Of a stretch of DNA of 64,000 bases, positions 46,201 through 55,604 are shown piece by piece. Source of the stretch: an uncultured Gammaproteobacteria bacterium (lineage in GTDB: Bacteria > Patescibacteriota > Patescibacteriia > 2-12-FULL-60-25); contig CAYZVS010000004.1 of NCBI GenBank assembly GCA_964482085.1, positions 11,878 to 75,877 of the forward strand, in the 5' to 3' direction. The translations under genes and the position numbers were made by a program. How positions within the stretch are numbered: the stretch's first letter is position 1; each line of letters starts with the position of its first letter. The notes under the pieces are model-generated. The model ran no database searches. It saw only the letters and a list, made by a program, of their open reading frames with translations, and was not told the DNA's origin.

Positions 46201-46779
46201 CCTCCTCCAGCCGTTGTAAAAGAAAGACAATTACTACCAAAACGACATTCAAAAACATTATTGGAAATTGTACCGTTATCGGCGTTCTGTATTTGAATCT
46301 TCTGTATACCTTGATTATCCCGAATCGTAAGTCCATCACTCAAAGTAAACGTCAGTTGTGACGCAGCCGCGCTAGAAAAGCTATTTCCTATAAAACGAAC
46401 ATCCGTCTTTCCAGACGGCATCAAAACTTGTATTCTCGTAAGTACACTGAGATAAAACATTCGTACTGCCAAGGTTAAGGTAGTATGCAGACTGAAGAGC
46501 ATTACCGATCACAACCCCTGCAGTACACGTCAACGTGAGATCGTTAGGCAAAGACAATGATCCACCTTCAATAGCGTCATTAAAAACATATCCCGTATCA
46601 ACAAGAATCGTATCACCCGACGCTGGGGGGGGCGCTAAAACAGCATCCGTGATTGACGTATAATCACATCCCCCTGCACAGACCGTTGTTGTGGCCGCCA
46701 ATGCACTGGTTGGCGAGCCTACAAAACCAATGAAAAGCGCAACAAGAAAAAAGAAGAGGGCGCGAAAGTGCATAAACAT
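43242..46779 (-). pseudogene. frameshifted ~1180-aa secreted right-handed beta-helix protein with C-terminal peptidoglycan-binding domain
   Basis: ORF 46779-46381 encodes a signal peptide (MFMHFRALFFFLVALFIGFVGSPTSALA) plus the first beta-helix turns. ORF 46502-43242 continues in the +1 frame with NxxFxGN-type repeats (VRFIGNSF, INFIGNRV, EHNTLIMGG). The C-terminus is PG_binding_1-like (LQEFLAWKGPTIYQDGRITGNFGSLTEVAVKRYQLSKGIQQTGEVGPLT). Confidence 0.7.
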
Positions 46780-46948
46780 TTTATATGCATTTTATCACCA
46801 TGCCGCCTACTAGTCCACCAGCTACTAAATACAATTTTTCAATTCCGCATCACATCAAAAGTATACCATCAATACAGAAGACTAAATATATGGCTCATTT
46901 TACTAAAAAGTATCGGATCATTGCCGCTTAGTAACGCTTGAAAGACGC

Positions 46949-47269
46949 TTATTTTGTTTTTTGCACCCAACGAATATCCTTAAATCCCATAAAAAGCATA
47001 AAAAGAACAATAACTTTTACCAAGATATTCCCATAAGGATCAAGAAAGAGTTGGGTCAGTTGGGTATATCTACCAAACAAAGCATGCACCAGAATGCTCA
47101 GAGGCAAGACAAGCCACATGATGCTAATCAACGTTATCTTAACGTGACATTTTGCAAATAACCAAATAATAAGCGGTGAAAAAACAAGAAACCCCAAATA
47201 AGAAATCGCAAAATCAAATACGGAAAATGGCCCAATGCGAAAAGTCCGCAAATAGTCTATGGGATTCAT
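46949..47269 (-). CDS. hypothetical membrane protein (3 TM helices)
   Basis: 106 aa, hydrophobic. 4-nt overlap with msrA. Confidence 0.5.
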   Translation of the reverse strand: MNPIDYLRTFRIGPFSVFDFAISYLGFLVFSPLIIWLFAKCHVKITLISIMWLVLPLSILVHALFGRYTQLTQLFLDPYGNILVKVIVLFMLFMGFKDIRWVQKTK

Positions 47270-47775
47270 AACGAGGTATCAGAAAGATAGCTTGGCATAC
47301 TCCGCACAAAGTGACAGGTATAACCTCCGGGGTTATTTTGTAAGTAATCCTGATGCTCGGGTTCAGCAAGCGTAAAATTCTTGAACGGCTCAAGCGTCGT
47401 AACCACAGGATTAGGCCATCGCTTTGATTCATTTACGAGTGCAATAAAATCCGTCGCTTCTTTCCTTTGTTGCTCATCACCATAAAAAATAGCGGAGCGA
47501 TAAGAGCTACCAACGTCATTACCTTGCCGATCAAGGGTCGTGGGATCGTGAATAAGAAAAAAGAAATCAAGTATTTTCTTGTAGCTCGTCTGGGTGGGAT
47601 CAAAGGTGATACGCAGCGCCTCCGCGTGTCCTGGGTGCTGTTGGTACGTTGGATCTGAATTTTCTCCTCCTGTATAGCCCGTTTCGGTATCCATTACTCC
47701 CGGCAATTTACGAAAAAGTGCTTCCATCCCCCAAAAACATCCCCCTGCGAGAATGGCTGTTTGTATAGCGCTCAT
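47266..47775 (-). CDS. msrA: peptide-methionine (S)-S-oxide reductase
   Basis: 169 aa. Active-site block [12 protein letters not shown], plus [12 protein letters not shown]. Confidence 0.93.
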   Translation of the reverse strand: MSAIQTAILAGGCFWGMEALFRKLPGVMDTETGYTGGENSDPTYQQHPGHAEALRITFDPTQTSYKKILDFFFLIHDPTTLDRQGNDVGSSYRSAIFYGDEQQRKEATDFIALVNESKRWPNPVVTTLEPFKNFTLAEPEHQDYLQNNPGGYTCHFVRSMPSYLSDTSL

Positions 47776-47794
47776 AATTTTATCTCTAAAAAAA

Positions 47795-48343
47795 TTATTT
47801 TTTAATCCCTAAAATAAACGGGCGTGCTAGTTGCGTCGCTACCCCAACGACAAAAACGATCGCGAGATAAAGCCCAAGCATCTGAGGTAGGCTAAATGGA
47901 ACAGATCGTAAGCCACCTAAGACCAGAGCACTGATCCACGAGACAACTGAGACAGAACCCGATACGAGCATAAAGCGACTACGCTTTTTAAAAGTAGCGG
48001 ATCTAGAAATGTTCTTACCCGCATGACGCTTCATGTGAGGAATGTGGTAGGTGTGAAAAACAATGCCATTGATCACAATCACACTCACAATGATCATCTT
48101 CGTAACAAACTTTACCGATGCAAGCAGTTCTTCTGGCCGTAACAGAAACATTGCTGCGCCAGAAGCAATAAGAATAACCAAGCCCAACCACACCATAGCA
48201 CCAGCCGTATTCATTAAACGGATCTCATCATGTGACAAGACACGGTCACGCGCTGAACGCAGAAAAAGCGCATCACTCACAAAGGCGCCACCAGCACCAA
48301 TCGCAACACCAAAGAGATGCGCTAGCATTAAAATAATACTCAT
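47795..48343 (-). CDS. hypothetical membrane protein (4-5 TM helices)
   Basis: 182 aa. I recognised no secure family motif. Confidence 0.5.
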   Translation of the reverse strand: MSIILMLAHLFGVAIGAGGAFVSDALFLRSARDRVLSHDEIRLMNTAGAMVWLGLVILIASGAAMFLLRPEELLASVKFVTKMIIVSVIVINGIVFHTYHIPHMKRHAGKNISRSATFKKRSRFMLVSGSVSVVSWISALVLGGLRSVPFSLPQMLGLYLAIVFVVGVATQLARPFILGIKK

Positions 48344-48418
48344 GTGCTTATCATAGCATCTCTGCCTATACGGCTCTATAACTGGATAAAGTCCCTAATA
48401 TAAGTTAGCCTGCTAGAT

Positions 48419-48697
48419 ATGAGCGATACTCCCCAACCCCACGTTTCAAAAGATCCGATGCATGGCAAAACCCTGCAATCGATTATTGAGTTTCTCGTTG
48501 AGACCTATGGCTGGGAGGCTCTCGGACGACGCATCAAAATAAAATGCTTCACCACCGATCCAAGCGTCAAATCAAGTCTCACCTTCTTGCGCAAAACACC
48601 TTGGGCACGCCAAAAAGTAGAGGTCTACTATCTCGCGACTCTTAAAAACGAGACGCATCCCCTTGATGCAGAGACAATCCCGATGGATCTTGGATAA
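48419..48697 (+). CDS. VF530/DUF2132-family small DNA-binding protein
   Basis: 92 aa. [58 protein letters not shown]. Confidence 0.75.
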   Translation: MSDTPQPHVSKDPMHGKTLQSIIEFLVETYGWEALGRRIKIKCFTTDPSVKSSLTFLRKTPWARQKVEVYYLATLKNETHPLDAETIPMDLG

Positions 48698-48704
48698 GGG
48701 CTAT

Positions 48705-49805
48705 ATGAAATATCTTCTTCTTTTACCACTCACCATTGTACTTTTTGGCGCTGGCTGTTCAAAGACCGAGCTTGCTGTTTTTACAGACAGCGAACAAATT
48801 GAGGCTAATCACGTAACAACAACGCAGACACCCCCAGCACAAGCAATAGCTTCAGCGGTCACCCTTCCTGTCCTAGAATACGGCCAACGTGTAACGCGTA
48901 AAGCTTTTGGCGAATATATTCAAGATCGTTTTAGCGGATATCATGTTGGTGATGATATTGAATTTAATGATGAAGTATCTATCAATAAAGAGATCCCCGT
49001 TGTCGCTATTGCTGATGGCACGGTTACAAAAGTGAGCCAAACCTCTGGTTATGGTGGGTTAATTACGATCGCTCACGAGATAGATGGGGCCATCGTCCAT
49101 GCGCTTTACGGTCATCTTGACCTTAAGTCAGTAACGGTAAATGTAGGAGATCTTGTGACCGCTGGTTCGCATATCGCCAATCTCGGGGATCACGAAAGTG
49201 CCGAGACCGACGGTGAGCGTAAGCACCTTCACTTTGCTCTTTACGAAGGCGGTAGCTCACGTCTCAATGGCTATGTACCCAACGCATCCTCAGTAAACGA
49301 ATGGATCAACCCAACCGAATTTTTTATAAAATATAAGCTCATCTGGTCATCATCACGCGTCATCAACCCTACTCAAGAACTCGGTGGCGATATCTTTCCG
49401 CTACAATTTAAACTACCCGAAGGGATGGAGCTCGAATATGTCCCCTCGCTTCAGGCGCTCAATATCTTTACCCGTGATGGATCAGGTACAGCACGCGAAC
49501 GATCGCAACTATTTGTACGCTTCTTTGACGCATCCTCTTTTCTGACGCTACCCACAGTAACGATCCACCAAACAACTGATCTTACGGTAGGCGAAGACCT
49601 TTATACAGCAAAGCGCTATGATATCGAAAAGAAGCCAGGTGTCGCCACTTTTGTTGACCAGCCAACTTGGCGTAATCAACGTCATATTGTGACAGACTTT
49701 CGTTTAAGCGAAGGAAAAGCGCGATACTTCGTGATCGCTAAAAACCCAACCCTTGATCTTGCGATCTATGAAACGTTTTTATCAAACGTAGAAATATTTC
49801 CATAA
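48705..49805 (+). CDS. M23-family (LytM-type) metallopeptidase lipoprotein
   Basis: I trimmed the start to MKYLLLLPLTIVLFGAGCSK (lipobox). YHVGDDIEF...GYGGLITIAHE...YGHLD...HLHFALYEG are M23 Zn-site motifs. Confidence 0.85.
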   Translation: MKYLLLLPLTIVLFGAGCSKTELAVFTDSEQIEANHVTTTQTPPAQAIASAVTLPVLEYGQRVTRKAFGEYIQDRFSGYHVGDDIEFNDEVSINKEIPVVAIADGTVTKVSQTSGYGGLITIAHEIDGAIVHALYGHLDLKSVTVNVGDLVTAGSHIANLGDHESAETDGERKHLHFALYEGGSSRLNGYVPNASSVNEWINPTEFFIKYKLIWSSSRVINPTQELGGDIFPLQFKLPEGMELEYVPSLQALNIFTRDGSGTARERSQLFVRFFDASSFLTLPTVTIHQTTDLTVGEDLYTAKRYDIEKKPGVATFVDQPTWRNQRHIVTDFRLSEGKARYFVIAKNPTLDLAIYETFLSNVEIFP

Positions 49806-50116
49806 AACGATCATGACAAACGTCCCCCGCTCACTTCGTCATTGGTTTATCGCGCAATGCTAAGCTTAAAAGTTCTTTGGTCACTAGTGGCCATTGTGAC
49901 AAGACTTTTACAATGAAATCAGTTGACGCGATTATTCAAGCTCAAGACGCACACTTAAAGGAGGTTGTCGCCAGTGGTGAAGCCACTCACGAAGAAGCCC
50001 TCAAAGACATGCAAGGTCGCTAGAAGCATCCTATCAAAGCCCTTAGTTGGTATATGGATACAAAGAAAGCATTCGCTGCTTTGCCTGAGCAGAATTAACT
50101 TCTCCTATGAAGGATT

Positions 50117-50144
50117 AAAAAAGCTCCTAATATAGGAGCTTTTT
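50117..50144 (-). terminator. rho-independent terminator after the sortase gene (bidirectional shape)
   Basis: aaaaaagctcct-aatat-aggagctttt: a 7-bp GC-containing stem flanked by an A6 run and a T4 run. Confidence 0.65.
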
Positions 50145-50181
50145 ATATTTCTGACATGTATTCTTGATATTTAACACCTAC

Positions 50182-50919
50182 CTATCGAACGATATCAGTA
50201 AATATCACAAGTCGCTTATTATAGCGTTTTTTAATTTTGTCCCAGACGCCCGTGCACGTGACGAGATTAAGATGACTGCCAGTGCCATCAGAAATAAAAA
50301 CCTCTGGTGCCTGTGCGTTAAAGTCATAGACACGACTCTCACGAACAACGAATGTAATAGTCTTTCCTAAATCATCCTCAACGGTAACTAAGTCTCCTCT
50401 TTTTAGTTTATGCAAATTATCAAAAACGGCACCTCCTTTAAAACCAATATGTCCATCAATCACGGCGCTACCTGTCTTACCAGGAATCGGCCCATATTTG
50501 TACCAACCCGTATCGAATTGATTGCTTGGCACATCCATCGCACCTTCTGGTGTAAGGCCCATATAGCGGATAGCCGCACTGATACCAATACTGGGTATCT
50601 TGAGACGTATAGGGAGCCCAATTCCTACTTGATTGTTCTGTTTTTGGACACGTGCCTGTGCGGTAGGCACCAAGCTAGCATACCGAAGATCCTGACTATC
50701 AACAATATTTGTTGCGTACTCGACCGCTACGTACGAGAGTATAGCAAGCACCGCAACGATATATAATACAGGAGCAAAAGTCTTCCTAACGAAATTGAAG
50801 ATATCCTTTATAGAGAGATGCTCCTTCTTTTTTTGCTTTCTTGAAAAAGTCGAACGAGATTTCGTTCGACTTTTCGTCTGTATTTTTTTACTATTATTTT
50901 TCTCGGCTTGGATACGCAT
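50182..50919 (-). CDS. sortase-family transpeptidase
   Basis: 245 aa. N-terminal TM anchor; His block SAVIDGHIG, catalytic Cys block LNLVTCTG, and a downstream Arg (KRLVIFTD). Confidence 0.85.
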   Translation of the reverse strand: MRIQAEKNNSKKIQTKSRTKSRSTFSRKQKKKEHLSIKDIFNFVRKTFAPVLYIVAVLAILSYVAVEYATNIVDSQDLRYASLVPTAQARVQKQNNQVGIGLPIRLKIPSIGISAAIRYMGLTPEGAMDVPSNQFDTGWYKYGPIPGKTGSAVIDGHIGFKGGAVFDNLHKLKRGDLVTVEDDLGKTITFVVRESRVYDFNAQAPEVFISDGTGSHLNLVTCTGVWDKIKKRYNKRLVIFTDIVR

Positions 50920-52033
50920 TTCGATGAGTTAAAGCGAACAGGATTGTACCTATCACAAACATCCCTGAAAGAAGTACAATCCAGTTAAATGGATTATTGC
51001 TTGACCCAGAACCTGTGTTTGGAAGAGTAGGAATTGGATTTGATGACGGAGCCAAATCTGGCGATACAACAACTTCTGCGAAAGCTTGATCTGAAACGGT
51101 TAAACCGTTTGCGTGACCGGTTGCAGTGGCGGTATTCAACGTCGTCTCTGTCACGTTTTGTTGACATGTATAGTTCCATGTCTCATTCGTTTCAAGCAAC
51201 GAATTACCATTGTTATCACCAGAGATAAACGTCACGTTAGTACACTTATCGTCAATAAGCGTTACATTGTCGAGTGATACGGTACCTGGATTAATAACAT
51301 TGTAGGTATAGGTAACGAGGCCGCCAACTGATGCTAAGTCAATTGGATCTGCTTTTTTAATAACATGAATCAAAGGGGCGATTGGGGCCCCCTCAACGGT
51401 GACAGTAGCTAAAGCGGTATCGATAGCTGTTAAACCATTGGCGCGACCTTTAGCAACGGCGGTATTAACCGTTGTTGTTAGGATATTTGTCGTACAAGAA
51501 TAGGTCCATACCTCATTTGTGCCGAGTTTCGTATCAGAATTACCATCACCTGAAGTAAACGTGACATTACTACATCTATTATCTGTAACCGTGACGTTTG
51601 TTAAAGCGACGGTACCAGGATTTGAAACCTTGTAGGTATAGGTAACTGAACCACCGTTAAAAGGCAAAGCTAATGGAACAGGTGTTTTTATGATTTGGAT
51701 TAATGGTGGGACGACCGGTGCGCCAACAAAAACCTGGGCGATAGCCGTATCAACAGACGCCATACCATTGCCTTCACCACGTGCTGTTGCAAAGTTTACC
51801 GTTGTCTTTAAGAGCGTTGTTACACAGCTATACCTCCATGCTTCACTCGTCTCTAGCAAACTATTGTTATTACTATCTCCAGAGATGAGCTTTACGTCTG
51901 TACATTTATCATCAACGAGCGTTACCTTATTTAGGGTAATCTGACCAGGATTCGTAACGGTATAATGATAGGTAACCGAACCAGGTCCAGAAGGTAAATT
52001 CAAAGGACTCGGAACTTTTCTCACATTAATCAA
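50894..52033 (-). CDS. LPXTG-anchored surface protein segment: three 110-aa conserved-repeat (DUF11/TIGR01451-like) domains + LPNTG + TM + basic tail
   Basis: VTYTYKVSNPGTVALTNVTVTD-type repeats, each with a Cys pair. The sorting signal is LPNTGSG...WIVLLSGMFVIGTILFAL...HRN. It has no signal peptide of its own and a TTG start 4 nt inside the upstream gene. Confidence 0.8.
   Translation of the reverse strand: MINVRKVPSPLNLPSGPGSVTYHYTVTNPGQITLNKVTLVDDKCTDVKLISGDSNNNSLLETSEAWRYSCVTTLLKTTVNFATARGEGNGMASVDTAIAQVFVGAPVVPPLIQIIKTPVPLALPFNGGSVTYTYKVSNPGTVALTNVTVTDNRCSNVTFTSGDGNSDTKLGTNEVWTYSCTTNILTTTVNTAVAKGRANGLTAIDTALATVTVEGAPIAPLIHVIKKADPIDLASVGGLVTYTYNVINPGTVSLDNVTLIDDKCTNVTFISGDNNGNSLLETNETWNYTCQQNVTETTLNTATATGHANGLTVSDQAFAEVVVSPDLAPSSNPIPTLPNTGSGSSNNPFNWIVLLSGMFVIGTILFALTHRNAYPSREK
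51059..52033 (-). repeat. three tandem coding repeats with an exact 330-nt (110-aa) period
   Basis: Units begin at aa 1, 111 and 221 (INVRKVPSPL / LIQIIKTPVPL / LIHVIKKADPI). Confidence 0.8.
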
Positions 52034-52773
52034 AGGGGTACGGTATTTGACGAAGGTGGAGTTGCAGCGACACAGGAGGGAGCCGTAATCGTATCTGTAT
52101 CAGTCGTGACGGTTCCTCCAAAGGCGAGAGCTCTTCCGTTCCATGTTGTATTTGCACCTACCGTAATACCTGCGTTAGTAATAATCGTACCAATAAAGGT
52201 CGTATTTGCCCCAAGCGTCGCAGCTGCTGTTGGCGTCCAAAATACGTCACAAGCTGATGCCCCAGCAGCCGAAACTACTGCGCCAGCGGTCGACGTAAGC
52301 GCGCCAACAGCTCTAAAAATATAGGTTCCGCTACCATTGAGGGTGAGTGGGCCACCAACATTCATAGCGCCAGTACTACAATAAACTCCCGGCGTATAGA
52401 CACCAACTGGACCATGCGTAATATCAGTAGAAAGATCAATTGCACCAGGCGCAAACGTAAAGGTACAAGGCTGAACAGCAAGAGCAGATAACGCATTGCC
52501 TTGATCAATGCCAGCTACCGCGTATGGTGCACCTGATCCATAGCTTGGATGAACACCGGCTGGAGCAACAGCAGGTCCCGTAGTAAATCCGACACTGCCA
52601 GTAATAGTTGTACCTATTACCGTATTTGTATAGGTATCACTAAGCACGCCAAAGGCTGAGGCTGCGCCAAGAGAAGGCGTTGTTGCAGCTTGTGCAATAG
52701 GAGTGGACACAAAAAGCAAAGCCGTTGCTAATAGATATCCCAACCTTTTGTTAAAGAACAAATCTTTTATCAT
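52030..52773 (-). CDS. DUF3494 (ice-binding-like) secreted domain protein, probably the N-terminal part of the LPXTG protein
   Basis: 247 aa. Signal peptide MIKDLFFNKRLGYLLATALLFVSTPIAQA. LGAASAFGVLSDTYTNTVIGTTITGSVG and WNGRALAFGGTVT are DUF3494-type motifs. Confidence 0.75.
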   Translation of the reverse strand: MIKDLFFNKRLGYLLATALLFVSTPIAQAATTPSLGAASAFGVLSDTYTNTVIGTTITGSVGFTTGPAVAPAGVHPSYGSGAPYAVAGIDQGNALSALAVQPCTFTFAPGAIDLSTDITHGPVGVYTPGVYCSTGAMNVGGPLTLNGSGTYIFRAVGALTSTAGAVVSAAGASACDVFWTPTAAATLGANTTFIGTIITNAGITVGANTTWNGRALAFGGTVTTDTDTITAPSCVAATPPSSNTVPL

Positions 52774-52884
52774 AGAGACAATCTTCCCGTTAATAGCGGG
52801 GACCGAAGGATATAAATAACGACCTTACTGTAACTAAATATCATCATACCATAAAATATAGATTCAAGGGTAACCCACAAATTC

Positions 52885-54702
52885 TTACCTCGGCCACTCC
52901 AACGGCAACATGCCCGTAAACGGATACGTACCGAATAGTACATCCGCTACCCCCTCACCTTCGCTACCAGGGAGCCATACGGCTATGATTGCATCCCATT
53001 CGGTCGATTCTGGCGGTAGCTCAAGCGGTCGCCCTGAGACAATTACCACGACAAGCTTTTTACTCGTTGCACGAACGAGGCGAATCGTTTCAAGATCTTC
53101 TGTGCTTAGTGATGGATGCGCATTGTCGCCCTTACCTTCTGCATAAGGCTCTTCGCCAACGACGGCAATACCAATCGCCGCCTTACCAGACGAGGTGCTA
53201 AATGATCCACTAAGGTCATAGTCAACAACTGTCGAAGATGAAATGCTCATCTTAATCCCATCTAAAATCGTTGTCCCTGGGACCCAGTTGCCATCGATCC
53301 CCTGCCACTCGACCGTCCAACCACCCATTTGGCGGCCAAGATTGTGCGCGGCAGAACCAGCAACAAGAATACGATCAACACGAGATGAGAGTGGTAGTGT
53401 GCGGTTATTATTTTGAAGAGACACTAATGATTTGCGTACGGCTTCACGTGCTAACTCGCGATGCTCTGCAGAGCCTACACTGGCAAGCATGGATCCATCC
53501 GCGCTCGCGTTCTCAAACAAGCCTGCAGCAAACTTTGCACGGAGTATTCTTCTCACCGCATCATCAAGACGTTCGGGAGAAATGTCACCGTTTTGTACTG
53601 CGCGCCGAACATAACCCACAAACGGTTTATAATCGTAGGGCAACATAACCATGTCCACACCGGCATTCATCGCCGTGACAACGGCATGATACTCACCACC
53701 GGGAATTTCATACACACCATACCAATCAGAAACGACTATACCGTTAAAACCAAGCTCACCTTTAAGCACGTCCGTAACAAGATAATGGTTCGCCGCTAAC
53801 TTCAAGCCATCCCAGCTATTGAGACCGACTAATACTACGGAAGCACCTGCATCAACAGCCGCTCTAAACGGAGGTAAATGCACGCGTCGTAACGTTGCTT
53901 CATCTACCGTAGTAATTCCTTGATCGATCTTAAAATCCTTGTTACTAGAAGTACCCCAAGCCATCGCCCCCGCACCCATATAGTGCTTGGCTGTAGCGAT
54001 CACTCTCGTCCCGGACGATGAAAACGACTGCGTACCATCGACGTAAGCGCGACCCAAGCTTGTAACCATGTCCGTGCTAGATCCAAATGTTTCATACACG
54101 CGCCCCCAACGGCTATCCTGAACAACATCGAGATCGGGGGAAAAATTCCAATGAATACCAGTGGCGGCCATTTCTTGTGCCGTGGTTTGCGCGACACGAT
54201 ACACAAGATCCGCGTCATGACTCGCACCCAAACCGATCGCATGCGGAAACACCGTCGCGCCAATGACATTCGAGTGACCATGGATCGCATCGACACCGTA
54301 CAGCAACGGAATTCCCAAACGCGTATTCTGTGCACGCTCCTGAAAACTCCGTACCATATCCAACCAAGTGGCTGGCGTATTCGGTGAAGGCACGGCTCCT
54401 CCACCACTTAACATCGCGCCGATACCATAACGAGTAACGTCATCGAGTACTTTTACGCTATTCTTTTCAACTAATATTAGCTGACCAATTTTTTCCGTTT
54501 CTGTCATGCGATTCAATAAATCCTCGATACGTTGCTCCACAGAAACATCACTCCGACGATAGAGCGCATCAACAGGTACACATGCGGGCGGACATGCTTC
54601 AACGAGCAAAACAGTGGGTCGCTGTATGAAATAAATAACCAACCCGATCACAGTGACAACAAGTGCTATAGCCCCAACTTTTTGAAAAGTCATATTCTGC
54701 AA
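52885..54702 (-). CDS. glycoside hydrolase family 3 (beta-glucosidase / beta-hexosaminidase-like), membrane-anchored
   Basis: 605 aa. N-terminal TM helix. Contains KIGQLILV, GVDAIHGHSNV and the nucleophile block GIVVSDWYG, plus a C-terminal GH3 domain. Confidence 0.9.
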   Translation of the reverse strand: MQNMTFQKVGAIALVVTVIGLVIYFIQRPTVLLVEACPPACVPVDALYRRSDVSVEQRIEDLLNRMTETEKIGQLILVEKNSVKVLDDVTRYGIGAMLSGGGAVPSPNTPATWLDMVRSFQERAQNTRLGIPLLYGVDAIHGHSNVIGATVFPHAIGLGASHDADLVYRVAQTTAQEMAATGIHWNFSPDLDVVQDSRWGRVYETFGSSTDMVTSLGRAYVDGTQSFSSSGTRVIATAKHYMGAGAMAWGTSSNKDFKIDQGITTVDEATLRRVHLPPFRAAVDAGASVVLVGLNSWDGLKLAANHYLVTDVLKGELGFNGIVVSDWYGVYEIPGGEYHAVVTAMNAGVDMVMLPYDYKPFVGYVRRAVQNGDISPERLDDAVRRILRAKFAAGLFENASADGSMLASVGSAEHRELAREAVRKSLVSLQNNNRTLPLSSRVDRILVAGSAAHNLGRQMGGWTVEWQGIDGNWVPGTTILDGIKMSISSSTVVDYDLSGSFSTSSGKAAIGIAVVGEEPYAEGKGDNAHPSLSTEDLETIRLVRATSKKLVVVIVSGRPLELPPESTEWDAIIAVWLPGSEGEGVADVLFGTYPFTGMLPLEWPR

Positions 54703-54769
54703 TCAGAGTAACACACTTAAACACACCTCTCCTTAACAAAATAACCGCGATATTTCGCGGTTAAAATGT

Positions 54770-54843
54770 TGGCAGGGACGGGGGGAATCGAACCCACGCT
54801 AAAGGTTTTGGAGACCTTTGTACTACCATTATACGACGTCCCT
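54770..54843 (-). tRNA. trnW: tRNA-Trp (anticodon CCA), CCA end encoded
   Basis: Hand-folded. Acceptor stem AGGGACG/CGTCCCT; D arm GTAT-AATGGTA-GTAC; anticodon arm AAGGT-CTCCAAA-ACCTT; 4-nt variable loop; T arm GTGGG-TTCGATT-CCCCC with one T:C mismatch; discriminator G; 74 nt in total. Confidence 0.85.
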
Positions 54844-54960
54844 AAGCTCTCAATTGCAGCGTAAATATAGCCGATCGAGGGGAAAAAGCAATAGACCCAA
54901 AACATCCGTTGACACCAGGCCCTAGGTACCGTAAACCTTGAGCACGAAAGGACGGCTTTC

Positions 54961-55548
54961 ATGAACCGCGACGAGTTCTTTCACAAGCTCTCCCCGCGAC
55001 CAGCTAAAGAGCTAGAGTCGATTCAACAAGCCTACTGGTTATCTAAGCACGCACACCGTAAGCAATCACGTGACGGAGGCGAGCGATACTTCGAGCATCC
55101 ACGACGTGTCGCTCTCCGCGCCATCGCAGCCGGTTTTGACTCGACCGAGCAGATCATCATTTGCCTGCTACATGACGTCGTCGAGGACACGGATACGCCA
55201 CTCACGGTCATCATCACTCTCTTTGGTGCACAGACATGGGAACGCCTCCTTCTCGTCTCCAAAAAAGTCCCGATTTTTGACCCGTTAACGGGTGAGGTAC
55301 GAAGGCGCACCAAGAAAGTAACCAAAGACTACTTTGCTGCGATCAGCTCCGCTGACATCGTCGTACGACTCGGCAAGATCTTTGATCGTCTCGACAACAT
55401 GTCGGACATGCGCACCTTCACTTCTGCACGACGGAAAAGGTATTTGCGAGAAACACGCCGCTACCTCCTTCCAATCGCACGACTCACCGACCTGAATCTC
55501 CACGATCAACTACAAAAGCTCTGCAAGGAGGTTGCACAAGCAATCTGA
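54961..55548 (+). CDS. HD-domain protein, small RelA/SpoT-type (p)ppGpp hydrolase-like
   Basis: 195 aa. YFEHPRRVALRAIAAGFDSTEQIIICLLHDVVEDT. Confidence 0.75.
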   Translation: MNRDEFFHKLSPRPAKELESIQQAYWLSKHAHRKQSRDGGERYFEHPRRVALRAIAAGFDSTEQIIICLLHDVVEDTDTPLTVIITLFGAQTWERLLLVSKKVPIFDPLTGEVRRRTKKVTKDYFAAISSADIVVRLGKIFDRLDNMSDMRTFTSARRKRYLRETRRYLLPIARLTDLNLHDQLQKLCKEVAQAI

Positions 55549-55554
55549 TACAAC

Positions 55555-55582
55555 AACGCCCCCAAATCTCTTTGGGGGCGTT
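55555..55582. terminator. bidirectional rho-independent terminator between convergent genes
   Basis: 12-bp stem aacgcccccaaa / tttgggggcgtt with loop tctc. Confidence 0.7.
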
Positions 55583-55604
55583 CGTCATTTTAAATGATAT
55601 AAGA

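Noticed and set aside
46381-46779. 132-aa ORF as an independent small secreted protein
   Set aside because: It ends within a beta-helix repeat and overlaps the 5' end of the 1086-codon ORF by 122 nt in another frame. Together they form one coherent protein, so I annotated the locus as a single frameshifted gene.
49913-50047. 44-aa ORF (MKSVDAIIQAQDAHLKEVVASGESHSRRSPQRH...) as a real small gene
   Set aside because: It has no Shine-Dalgarno. Its C-terminal half is Arg/Ser-rich and looks out of frame. It is more likely a decayed remnant, so it is reported only as part of the non-coding gap finding.
52025-52040. Programmed ribosomal frameshift at the CUU-UGA junction (resembles the RF2 +1 site)
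   Set aside because: The +1 frame reads GAU UAA, an immediate stop. The required shift is -1, and there is no X-XXY-YYZ slippery heptamer. An indel in the C4T3 run is the simpler explanation.
54770-54843. T-stem T:C mismatch as a sign of a tRNA pseudogene
   Set aside because: All other stems, the conserved T-loop (TTCGATT), the D-loop GG and the encoded CCA are intact. A single mismatch is common in functional tRNAs.
54717-54962. 81-aa minus-strand ORF
   Set aside because: It completely overlaps a well-folding tRNA-Trp gene (54770-54843) and is therefore spurious.
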